Shown: positions 30,711-46,713 of the stretch, one piece after another | Layout of the letters: each line of letters begins with the position of its first letter | How positions within the stretch are numbered: position 1 is the first letter of the stretch | Assembly: GCF_009914755.1 (NCBI RefSeq) | Contig: NC_060947.1 | From: the human T2T-CHM13v2.0 reference genome, Homo sapiens | Direction: 5' to 3' (one strand) | Length of the DNA stretch: 64,000 nt | Notes under the pieces: generated by a model | What the model saw: only the letters and a program-made list of their open reading frames with translations | Databases searched by the model: none | What the model was told of the DNA's origin: nothing | Position numbers and translations under genes: made by a program

Positions 30711-33227
30711 AAGAGTATAATTGGTTTGTTTGTAACATAAAGGATAAATGCCTGAGGGGATGGATACCCATTCTCCATGATGTGATTATTATGCATTGCA
30801 TGCCTGTATCAAAGAATCTCATCTACCCCACAAATACATACACCTACTCTGTACCCACAAAAATTAAAAATTATAAAAAGAAGGAAATTAAAGAAAAAGA
30901 ATGTGCTTGCTTCACCTGTAGATTGAGGCAACACTGGGATTTCTTATGGTGCTGCAGCTACAACTGGATATAAAATTTCTTTTTCGTGCCATTAAATATG
31001 TGCTTGTGCTCAGAGAAATATCTTGAGGTTGCTGAGTTTTTCTTGGCAGGTATGAGAATAGGTGGGATTAATTGGAGTGACTCTCTAAAGAAAACTGTTT
31101 TGGAATTATTTTGACAAGAAAGGATTTGCTAGAGTAGAAAGAGAAGCTGGTGTTTGAATAGTGTTAAAAGGCATTAGGTTCCTTGGCCTATCATCTCATA
31201 AGTACTCATCAATCATATCTCAATAAAGCCAAGAGATATAAACACAAGGAAAACAAAAATAAGCTCTGTGTGTTCTGTGGATGCTGCCTGGTTGTGAGCA
31301 AGGGCCTGAGGGAAAAAGATTTAGGGGATGATGAGAATTATAAGAGGAAAATGAGACAGACAGAAAGAGAGAGAGAGAGAGTGGGAAAGGGAGTTGCTTG
31401 TGCTGGAGTTTGCGGTATTGACAAGGCAATAGAGCAACATAGCATTTCTTGGAGTTTCAGAGGATTATTCAAAGGGGTAGGGTGTGAGAGTAGAGGACAT
31501 GGATGATAGACAAAAAAACTTAGCTCATCTAGATAACTAAAATATTGCTTGATTCTCCAAAGTCCTTTTCTTTTTTTCCATGTCTGAAATATACAATGCA
31601 TTCAAATCACATGAAAGGAGAACATTCTGGGTCTGCATTCACCCTGGCTGTTGCAATGTGAGGGTGGTTGGAGCTCTTCAAGGTATCAAAAAAGTATAAT
31701 TGCAAAAGAGTGAAATACTTTTGAAAATTTATTGCTCAGTAACTACATTATATATGATGATGTAGGCAATCCCTATACTTTCTCTATAGCAAGATGCTTT
31801 TAAGGCTAACGAGGCAAGTTGGTGCATAAAATACATTCATATATAACCTAGTTACTAAGCAATTCTATTTTGAAAATATTTTATTTTTGAATAATATTGA
31901 ATCTCCTTCCCCTAGTCTATCTTTTTTCCTAGTATTCTAAGGCAAGCCCCATTCCACACCCTAGCTATAAGCTCTCTTTATTCTTTCTCCAATCAAGCTC
32001 TTACATACCAAGAAGACATTAAAAATGCAGAGATGAATGTAGGGGGAGTGAGGAAGATGGGACAACACAACCCTGTCTGATTTTTCCTGGTCCCTGCTCC
32101 TAGGGAAAATCTTACTGGACAGGTCATGATTAATTTGTGTGGATTTCTAGAAACAACATAAAGTCAAGACATAATAGTCAATATTTTCCTTTTTGACATA
32201 AACAACTAATTATTTTACTAGTTTAGTCTAGCTAAAATATGACTGTAATTTAACTTCCAACAACTGGCTACATATCATTACATATCTTGGCTTATCTAAT
32301 AGCATTCCTAGCTGTGGTATCATCCCAATATCACTAATTGAAAGTCTCAAATTAAAAATTTTTAGAGTTGCACCAATATGAAATGAGACCTAGAAGGCCA
32401 TACAAGGCATCTGAGGGATATGCAAGGTTAGGTTGTTATGATTGAAAGACTTTCACTTGGATGAATATGGTAAAACTAGGAAATGTTCTAAGTCAGCATT
32501 AAAAATGCATGCTTTTTGGAGTTTGAAACACTGGAGAAGAGCTTTCTTCTTGTATCTTCTTGATTTTCCTTGTCTTTATAGGTCTAGAAGGGTTGCCAGG
32601 ATTCACACAGAACTCTGGAGCCTCCAGGGACTTTGGGGGCAACCCGACTTTTTATTTCTCTGCCTTCATAAGAAATCTACACGGAACTGAATGTAATGCT
32701 TTTTATTACTTCTAAGATGATTTTTTTCCCAAAAGTTTAATGAGACAGATGGGAGAAATAACTTTTTTCAGAGTAGCAGAGATAAGGGGTTATTTCCTAT
32801 GTAACTGTCTCAACAAGACTCAAAAGGAAAGAAAAGTTCTGATTTAACTTCAGAAAGGAAAAGTAACTGTCACCTCTTGTTGATTGAATTTCATCATCTG
32901 TAATTCTGCCTTCTTTAGTTCTCACAGTCAAAGCAACATTTGTCAAGGAAGTGTAATGTAATAGTTGCTCCTTCTGTGGCCATGGATCAAATGTTAGCTT
33001 TCTGTTATGAAGAGAGCTCCAGTGTTCCCAGAATTTCAAAGGCATAAGTTTATCTCAGGTTCTGCAGGAAAGCTTTTTATTTATTTATCAAGGAATCTCT
33101 GTAGTAAAGGTTATGAAAATTCATAAAGTACTACGTGTAATATTCTGTCTGCCATGGTAAATAATCTCTTACAAATTTTCACTTGATGGAATAATCTTGA
33201 ACTAGATTTGCTGTTAATGGAAATATT

Positions 33228-33280
33228 CTTTTTTTTTTTTTTTTTTTTTTTTTGAGATGGCGTCTTGCTCATCGCCCAGG
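33228..33280 (-). mobile_element. Alu 3' terminal remnant (poly-T + ~27 nt)
   Basis: T-run followed by gagatggcgtcttgctcatcgcccagg. Confidence 0.75.
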
Positions 33281-33451
33281 AAAGGATCAGAAGAACTTTA
33301 TTATTCACGACTCTTTGTAGAACTCATTAGGACATTGTTTTAACTCTTTATTTTTAATGTACCAGGGTACACTGGTGTGATGTACTGAATAATAGCTCAG
33401 TGACCTGGAAATATCATTGTAGTTTAAAATTGGATCTCTTCAGTCTTATAG

Positions 33452-33775
<324 letters not shown>

Positions 33776-33899
33776 CTTTGCCATCACTTTCAATGCTTTT
33801 TTTCATTGAAAACATGAACTGTATTTAATGTTGTATGTATTGAAAACATTTGTATGTAATACAAACACTGCATGTAATGTTTTATGTGTTTTCAATGCT

Positions 33900-35740
33900 T
33901 TTTCCCCACTGTAAATTCTTTATATTTAAAGTATGATTAGTTGTGGAATATTTTAAAAATCAATTTCAAGTGCACAGCTTGATAAATTTTGGTAAATTAT
34001 ACAATTTTGTAAACACCACCACAATCAATAAACAAAATGGTTCCATAATCCCACAGAGGTTTCTCATGTTCCTTTAGCTTGATCCCCTTTTCCCATTTCT
34101 GGACCCAGGTTTATCTGTTATGTGTCACTATAGCTTTACCCTTTCTAGAAATTTTTATAAATGGAATCATACTATATGAAATGTTTTATGTTTGACTTTT
34201 TTTTCCATTTAGCACCAGGTTTCCCAACCTTAACACTATTGACATTTGGGCTGGATAATTCTTTATTGTGAGGAGATGTCCTGTGCTTTATAGAATTTTG
34301 AGCAGCGTTTCTGACTTCTACCTACTGAATACCAGTAGTATCCCCTCCAAGTTGTGGCGACTAAAAATGTCTCCAGATATCACCAAGTGTTCCCTGGGGA
34401 GCAAAATCATTCCTGGTTGAGAACTACAGACTTACCATATTTTTTAGATGTATTGATGTTGTTGCATGTATCAATAGGTTACTCTTTGTTATTACTGACT
34501 AGTAATCCTATGTGGGCAAACATCTGGGTTATTTTCAGTTTGGGAAAATTACAAATAAAGCTTCTAAGAACATTCACATATGCATATTTGTGTGGGTTTA
34601 TGTTTCCCTTTCTCTTGAGTAAATAGGAGTGGAATTGCTGGGTCATTTGGTGACTCTATGATTACCCGTTTCAGGAACCGCCAGACTGTGTTCCAAATGA
34701 GTATGCCATTTTCCATTCTCATCAGCAATGTTCCACATCCTCACTAACATTCGTTTTTCATCAGTTTGATTTGAGCTATCCTCTTGGTTACATAGCGGTA
34801 TTGCACACAGTGGTATTGCATTGTGGTTTTGATTTGCATTTCTCTGATGACTAACAATGCTGAGCATTTTTTCTTACGTGCTTATTGGTTGTTTGTATAT
34901 CTTCTTTGTCTTCGTATATTCTTGATACAAGAGCCCTTTGTCAGATGTATGTTTTGCAAACATTTACTCCCAAGCTGTGGCTTATCTTTTTGTTTTCATA
35001 GTTCTAGACAGCAAACTTTATTAATCTTGATAGAGTCCATTTCATAATTTTTCCCTTTTATACTTTGTATTATTGATGTCTGATTTAAATAATTTTACCT
35101 AACCCAATATCACAAAAATATTCTCATGTGTTTTCCTCTACAGTTTAATAGTTTTAGCTCTTATATTTAGATATATGATCCATTTTGAGTTAATCTTCGT
35201 GTATGATGTGCAGTAAGAGTCAAGGTTTATTTTTTCTATGCACCTATATACTTGTCCCAGTACCATTTGTCAAAAAGACTATTTTTCTCCATGAAATTAC
35301 CCTGACTCATTTGGCAATATTAGTTAACTATATAAGTACAAAAAGTACCATATGCACTGAAAAAAATGTGTATTCTGCCATTTCCATGTGTATTATTTAA
35401 ATATCAATTAAATTGAAGTGGTTGATAGTTTTGTTCAGATCTAAGGTTTTTGCTGATTTTTTTTTCTGCTTGTTCTATCAATTTCTGAGAACATAGTGTT
35501 AAAATCCCCAGTATGATTGAGGAATTACCTGTTTACCCTTTAATTTTGTCAGTTTTGCTTCATACATTTGGAAGCTTTGTTATTGGATGAATACACACTT
35601 ATGATTGTTATGTCCCATTGAATTTACCTTTTAATTATGGTAATAATATTTTCATCTTTGGTAATGTATTTTGTTTTAAAATGTATTTGGTTGGATATTA
35701 GTATAGGTACTCTAGGCTTCTTGTGCTCACTGTTTGCATG
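33900..35740 (-). mobile_element. Old L1 (L1MD/L1ME-type) 3' end and ORF2 fragments
   Basis: aatggaatcatactatatg and cattgtggttttgatttgcatttctctgatgactaac are L1M 3'-region motifs. An EN-region fragment lies at ~35350-35740. Confidence 0.75.
34216..34429. mobile_element. MER20 (hAT-Charlie MITE)
   Basis: caacct taacactattgacatttgggctggataattcttt...aaaaatgtctccagatatcaccaagtgttccctggggagcaaaatca...ggttgagaact. Confidence 0.88.
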
Positions 35741-35741
35741 G

Positions 35742-36255
35742 ATCCACTTCAAGCTTACTCACATGGCTATTGGCTGAGTCTTCAGTTTCCTACCATGTGG
35801 GCCTCTCCATAGAGCTCTCATGACATGCCAGCTGGCTTCCCCCAGAGTGCGTGATCCAAGAGAGAAAGGGTATGAGTCATCAAGATAGATTTTTTTTAAA
35901 AAATTATCTTAGTAAGCATTTTTTTGTACTGAAAACTATGAATTTATTTATTTTTAGATTTTTAAATTTTTATTTGGGGGTACAAGTGCAGATTTTTTAC
36001 ATGCACATATTATGTAATGGTGAAGTCTGGGTTTTTAGTGTGCCCATCACCCAAATAGTGAACATTGTACCCAACAGATAAATTTTCAACCATCATCCCC
36101 ATGATAAATTTTATAACTGAATCTCAGAAGTGCTGTAATTATTTTGACTATATTCTGTTGATCATCCAGACAAACCCTAGTACAATTAGGGACCATTTAA
36201 GAGTGCGAATACTAGAAGGTGGGGGTCACTGGGGCTAGCTTGGAGGCTGGATCCT
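35742..36255 (-). mobile_element. MLT1F/G-type MaLR LTR fragment, interrupted by an L1PB piece
   Basis: ccatgtgggcctctccatag...gccagctggcttccccagagtgcgtgatccaagag, resuming at ~36110 through ggtcactggggctagcttggaggctgg. Confidence 0.7.
35940..36100 (-). mobile_element. L1PB3/4-like 3' end fragment
   Basis: gggggtacaagtgcagattttttacatgc...gtgcccatcacccaaatagtgaacattgtaccc. Confidence 0.75.
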
Positions 36256-36869
36256 AAAATGGTCTTTGAATACTCGCCTGGATAATGAATTTTATACTTA
36301 GAGGTCTTGATTCAAAGAATAATTTCTTTTCTGCCTAATGTTCCTCAGAAGCCCACAGTTGTATCACTCAGTCACTTGTAAGAAGATATTTAATAAACAT
36401 ATACTTACAAAAATTTACACTTTTGACATCCTCAGTATTGTGCTAGAGCCTATATTTGGGAGAAAGGTTTGTAAGAAATGTAAAATTTAACATAGTTTTA
36501 GCTATCAAATAAATCAACATTCAGTTGAGACAATATTAACATTTCTCTAATTACCATTAATCTAGTACAGACCCTCATTTTATTTCCCACTGCAGTGACA
36601 TCTCCACTAATTTCCTTGGTTCCAGACAATGCCCCTTGAATCTCTCCTTTATTTTGCTGTCTGATTTATTTTTTCATAGGTCTGATTGTACAACTCTCTT
36701 ATGTAAAATATTTGATGTTTCTTTATTTCCTATAGAAAAAAACCCAAATCTAATATCTTTGCAAAGTTATTAAAGATCCTTTAAAAAATCTGACACAAAT
36801 ATTTGTTTCTAGATACATAATTCACCACTTCTCCCACAATGCAAATTATATTGTAGTCTCATTTTTTCT

Positions 36870-37412
<543 letters not shown>

Positions 37413-37945
37413 GTATTTTTAATTTTTAATTTTCATGGGTACATAATAGGTGTGTATATTTATGGGGTACATGAGATATTTTGATACAGGCATACACTGT
37501 GTAATAATCACTTCAGGATGAATGGCATATCTATCACCTCAAATGTTTACCCTTTGTGTTACAACAATACAATTATACTCTTTTAGTTATATTAAAATGT
37601 ACAGTTAAATTATTATTGACTACAGTCACCTTGTTGTGCTATCAAATCCTAGATCTTATTCATTCTTTCTATTTTATTCGTACCCATTAACCATCCTCAA
37701 TTTTATCCCAGCCTCCAAGTAAATACCCAGCCTCTTAACCATCATTCTACTCTCTATCTCCATGAGTTCACTTGTTTTAATTTTTAGCTCCCACAAATAA
37801 GTAAGAATATATGAAGTTTGTCTTTCTGTGCCTGGCTTATTTCACTTCACATAATGACATCCAGTTCCATGCATCTTGTTGCAAATGACAAGATCTAATT
37901 ATTTTTTATGGCTTAATAGTACTCCATAAGTACCACATTTTCTTT

Positions 37946-38165
37946 TTTTAAAAAAGTGGGGTACATGAGAAGTTTTGATACAGGCATGCAATGTGAAATA
38001 AGCACATCATGGGGAATGGGGGCATCCATCACCTCAAGCATTGTCGTTTGTATTACAAACAACCCAATTACACTCTTTAAGTTATTTTAACATGTGCAAT
38101 TAAGTTATTATTGACTATAGTCATCCTATTGTGCTATCGAATAGTAGGTATTCATTCTGTGTGTG
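37946..38165 (-). mobile_element. Second L1MA (MA1/2-like) 3' UTR fragment
   Basis: ggggtacatgagaagttttgatacaggcatgcaatgtgaaataagcacatcatgg repeats the 3' UTR segment already present at 37460-37670, with different diagnostic bases. Confidence 0.85.
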
Positions 38166-38169
38166 TGTG

Positions 38170-40672
<2,503 letters not shown>

Positions 40673-42066
40673 AAGCACATTTTCTTTACCCATTTATCTG
40701 TTTATGGATGCTCAGATTGCATCCAAATCTTGGCTATTGTGAACAGTGCTGCAACACACATTGGAAGACAGATATTTCCTTGATATAGTGATTTTCTTGC
40801 TTTTGGGTACATACCTAGTAGTGGAATTGCTGGATCCTATAGTAGGTCTATTTTTAGTGTTTTAAGGAACCTCCAAACTGTTCTCCATAGTTGTTGTACT
40901 AGTTTACATTCCCACCAACCATGTATAAGGATGCCCTTTTCTCCACATCCTCGCCAGCATTTGTTATTGTCTTTCTTTTGGATATAAACCATCTTAACTG
41001 GGGTGAGATAACTCACCGTAGTTTTGATTTGCATTTATCTACTGATCAATGATGTTCAGTACCTTTTCATATGCCTGTTTGCTACTTGTATGTCTTCTTT
41101 TGAAAAATGTCTATTCAGATCTTTCGTCTATTTTTTGATTTAATTATTATATTTTTTTCTTACAGAGTTGTTTAAACTTCTTATATATTCTGGTTTTTAA
41201 TCCTTTGTCACATGGGTTGTTTGCAAATGTTTTCTCCCATTCTGTGGGTTTTCTCTTCACTTTTTCTTTCTGTGCAGAAGAGTTTTAAATTAACATGATC
41301 CCATTTGTTCATTTTTGCTTTGGTTGTCTGTACTCGTGGGGTATTACTCAAGAAGTCTTTGCCCAGTCCAATGCCCTGGAGAGTTTTTCCAATACTTTTT
41401 TATAGTAGTTTTGTAGCTTAAGATCTTAGATTTAAGTCTTTAATCCATCTTGATTTGATTTTTGTATATGGCAAGAGATAGGTGTCTAGTTTAATTTGCC
41501 TGCATGTGGATATCCATTTTTCCCAGCATCATTTATTGAAGAGACTCTCTTTTCCCCTCTGTAGATTCTTGGCACCTCTGCCAAAAATGAGTTCACTGTA
41601 GGTGTGTGGATTTGTTCTTGGGTTCTCTATTCTGTCCCATTGGTCTATGCATCTGTTTTTATGCCAGTACCATGCTGTTTTAGTTACAATAACTCTGTAG
41701 TATAATTTGAAGTCAGTTAATATGGTTCCTTCAGTTTTGTTCATTTTTCTTATGATAGCTTTGGCTATTCTGAATCTTTTGTGATGCCACATAAATTTTA
41801 GGATTTTTTTTTATTTCTGTGAAGAATATCAATGGTATTTTGATAGAGATTACATTAAATGTGTAGATTGCTTTGGGTAATATGGACATTTTAACAATGT
41901 TGATTCTTCCAATTTAGGAACATGAAATATATTTTCATTTTTTGTTTCTCCTTCAATTTCTTTCATCAGTGTTTTATAGTTTTCATTGTATAGACCTTTC
42001 ATTTCTTTAATTAGTCCCCAGGTAATTAATTTTCTTTTTGTTTACTGTAAATGAGATTAGTTTTTT

Positions 42067-42220
42067 TTAAAATTATACTTTAAGTTTTAGGGTACATGTG
42101 CACAACGTGCAGGCTTGTTACATATGTATACATGTGCCATGTTGGTGTGCTGGACCCATTAACTCTTCATTTAACATTAGGTATATCTCGTAATGCTATC
42201 CCTCCCCCCTCCCCCGACTC
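42067..42220 (-). mobile_element. Young L1PA (approx. PA3-PA5) 3' tip with TSD
   Basis: ttatactttaagttttagggtacatgtgcacaacgtgcagg. TSD gagattagtttttt at 42053 and 42221. Confidence 0.9.
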
Positions 42221-42710
42221 GAGATTAGTTTTTTAATTTATTTTTCTGATTCTTCCCTGTTGGCATATAGAAATGCTACCGGTTTTTGTATGTTGATTTT
42301 GTATTCTGTAACTTCACTGGATTTGTTCATCAGTTCGAATTGTTTTTTGGTGGAGTCTTTAGTTTTTTCCCAAATATAAGGTCTTGTCATCTGCAAACAA
42401 GGAAAATTTGACTTCCTTTTCAATTTGGATATACTTTATTTCTTTCTTTTGTCTGATTGCTCTAGCTAGGACTTCCTGTACTATGTTGAATAACAGTGGT
42501 GAAAGTGGGAATGCTCGTTGTGCTCGTTGTCTTCCAAATGTTAGAGAAAAGGAGTTTAGTTTTTGCCATTCAGTATGACACTAGCAGTGGGTCTGTCACA
42601 TATGACTTTAATTATGCTCAGGTATTTTTCTTCTATACCAAGTTTTTCTTTAGGGTTTTTATTATGGAGAGATGTTGAATTTGATCACATGCTTTCTCAG
42701 AATCAATTTA

Positions 42711-43036
<326 letters not shown>

Positions 43037-44056
43037 TCATAATGTTTTTATTCCTCATTCTGTTTATATGATACATCACATTGATTGATCTCTATATGTT
43101 GAATCGCCCTTGCATCCCAGGGATAAGTCCCATTTGGTCATGATGAATGATCTTTTTAATGTTTGTTTAATTTGGTATAGTGATATTTTGTTGAGGATTT
43201 TTGCATCAATATTTATCAGAGATACTTTAGTTTTTTTTTTATTTTGATGTGTCTTTTTCTTGTTTTGGTATCAGGATAATACTGGCCTTGTAGAATGAGT
43301 TTGGAAGTATTCTCTCTTCTATTTATTAGAATAGTTTGAGTAAGATTGGTATTGGTTGTTCTTTAAATGTTTGATAAAATTCAGCAGTGAAGCTATTGCA
43401 TCCTGGGCTTTTCTTTACTGGGAGGCTTTTTATCATGGCTTTGATTTTATTACTTATTATTTATCCTTTTAGGTTTTAGATTTCTTCATCTTTCAATTTT
43501 GGTAGGTTCTATGTATCTAAAAATTTATCCATTTCCTCTAGATTTTTCAATTTATGACATATAGTTGCTCATAGTAGTCACTAATGATCCTTTGAATATC
43601 TGTGCTATGAGTTGTAATGGCTCCCTTTTCATTTCTGATTTTATTTATTTGGGTCTTCTCTCTTTTTTTCTTAGTCTGGCTAAATGTTTGCCAATTTTGT
43701 TTATCTTTTCAAAAAAAACTTTTCATTTCATTGATCTTTTATATTGTTTTCTTTGCTTTAATTTCATTTATTTTTTTCTCATCTTTATTTATTTTTATCT
43801 ACCAATTTTGGGTTAGTTTGCTCTTCCTTTTGTAATTCTTTTAGGTGCATTGTTAGGTTATTTATCTGAAGGTTTACTACTTTTATAGTGTTGGAACTTA
43901 TGGCTATAAACTTCTCTTTTAGTGGTTCTTTTGCTGTATCCTATAGACTTTGGTAAGTTGTGTTTCCATTATGATTTGTTTCAAGAAATTTTCAAATTTA
44001 TTTTTAATTCCTTTATTGACTTACTGGTCATTCAGGAGCATATTGTTTAATTTCCA

Positions 44057-44361
44057 TTTTTTTTTTTTTTTTTTTTTTGAAACAGGGTCTCACTTTATCA
44101 CTCATGCTGGAGTATGTTGGCATGATCTCAACTCACTGCAACTTCAACCTCCCAGGTTAAAGTGATACTTCTTCCTCAGCCCCCTAATTAGTTGGGACTA
44201 CAGGTGTGCACCACCACGCCCTGCTTATGTTTGTATTTTTTGTAGACACGGGGTTTTGCCATTTTGCCCAGGCTGGTCTTGAATTACTGAGCTCAGGCAA
44301 TTCTCCTGCCTTGGCCTCCCAAAGTGCTAGGATTACAGGTGTGGAGCCACCATGCCTGGCC
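44057..44361 (-). mobile_element. AluJ(b-like)
   Basis: Poly-T plus a diverged antisense Alu dimer. Confidence 0.9.
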
Positions 44362-44730
44362 TCCATGTGTTTGTTATTGACCTCTAGTCTTATCCTACTT
44401 TGGCCAGAGCAAATACTTGATTATTTATTTTTTTTGAATGACTTAAAACTTGTTTTGTTGCCTAGTGTATGGTCTATCCTTGACAATGATCCATGTGCCG
44501 AGGAGAAGTTTGCATATTCTGTAGCCATTGGATTAAATATGTTGTAAATATCTGTTAGTTCCATTTGGCTGATAGATTAAGTCAAATGTTAGTTGATTTC
44601 CTGTGTGGATTGTCTGTTCAATGCTGAAAGTGAGGTGTTGAAATCTCCAGCTATTATTGTATTAGGGTCTGTCTTTCTGTTTAGCTCTAATAATATTTGC
44701 CTTATATATCAGGGTGCTCCAGTGTCACCA

Positions 44731-44778
44731 TATGTGTGTGTGTGTGTATATATATATATGTAGATATATATATATACA
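44731..44778. repeat. (TG)n(TA)n microsatellite
   Basis: Visible dinucleotide runs. Confidence 0.85.
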
Positions 44779-46298
44779 CAATTATTATATCCTCTTGCTG
44801 AAATGATGCCCTTATCATTATATAATTCTCTTCTTTGTCTCTTTATTTATTTATTTATTTTGAAATCTATGGTGTCTGATATAAGTATAGCTACTGCTGC
44901 TTTTCTTTTTTTGGTTTCCATGGAATATCTTTTTCTATTTCTTTATTTTCTGTCTATGTATGTCTTCATAAGTGAAGTGTGTTTCTTGTAGGCAACAGAT
45001 CTTTGGGTCTTTATTTTTTATTCATTCAGCCACTCTGTCTATTTAGTCCATTTACATTCAGCATTATTATTGATAAGTAAGGACTTACTCCTGCCATTTT
45101 GTTATTCTTTGTTTTCTGGTTGTTTTGTTGTCTCCTCTACTTTCTTTCCTTCCTTCCTGTCTTCTTTTTAGTGAAAGTGATTTTCTCTTTAGTATGTTTT
45201 AATTTCTTTCTTTTTATTTTTTATGTGCCTGGTTTGGATTTTTTGATTTGAAGTTACCATGAGATTTGCAAATAACATCTTATAACACGTTATTTTAAAC
45301 TAATGACAACTTAACACTAATTGCATAAACAAACAAACAAACAACCAAAGAGGAAATTAATAAAACCTCTACACCTTAATCCCCCCAATTTTAACTTATT
45401 GTTGTTTCCATTTATATCTTATTGTTCTATGTCTTTAAAAATTGTTGTAGTTCTTATTTTTGATAGGTTCATCTTTTAGTCCTTCTACAGAAGATATGAG
45501 TAGTTTCTATATCACAATTACAGTGCTATAATATTTTGTGATTTTCTTTGTATGTACTGTTACCAGTGAGTTTTGTATCTTCAGGTGATTACTTATTGCC
45601 CATTATCATTCTTTCTTTTTAGATTAAAAAACTCCCTTTAGCATTTCTTGCAGGACAGATCTGATGTTAGGGAAATCCCTTAGGTTTTGTTTGTCTGGAA
45701 AAGTCTTTATTTCTCCTTGATGCTGGAAGGATAATTTTGCTGGTTATACAATTCTAGGATGAAAGATTTGTCCTTCAGCACTTTAAATATGTCATATCAC
45801 TGTCTCCTAGCCTGTAAACTTTCAACTGAGATGTCTGCTGCCAGATGTATTGGAGCTACATTGTATGTTGTTTGTTTCTTTTCTCTTGCTGCTTTTAGGA
45901 TCCTTTTTTAATTCTTGACCTTTGGCAGTTTGATTATTAAATGTCTTGTGGTAGTCTTCCTTGGGTTAAATCTCCTTGGTGTTCTATAACTTTCTTGAAC
46001 TTGAATATTGATATCTTTCTCTAGGTATGGGATGTTCTCTGTTATAATCCCTTTCAATAAAATGTTTACCCATATTTCTTTTTCTACCTACTTTTTAAGG
46101 CCAGTACATCAGATTTCCCCTTTTATGGCTATATTCTAAATCATGTAGGCATGCTTTATTATTTTTTTAAATTTTGCTTCCTCTGAGTGTTTATTCAAAT
46201 AGGCTGTCCTTCAAGCTCACTAATTCTTTCTTCTGTTTGATCAATTCTATTATTAAGAGACTTTGACACATTCTTTAGTATGTCATTTGCATTTTTCA

Positions 46299-46713
<415 letters not shown>

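Noticed and set aside
32797-33061. 82-aa minus-strand ORF / exon-like segment (ctgcAG...AGAG|gtgaca)
   Set aside because: All three frames from the acceptor hit stops, the donor is weak, and I see no recognisable homology.
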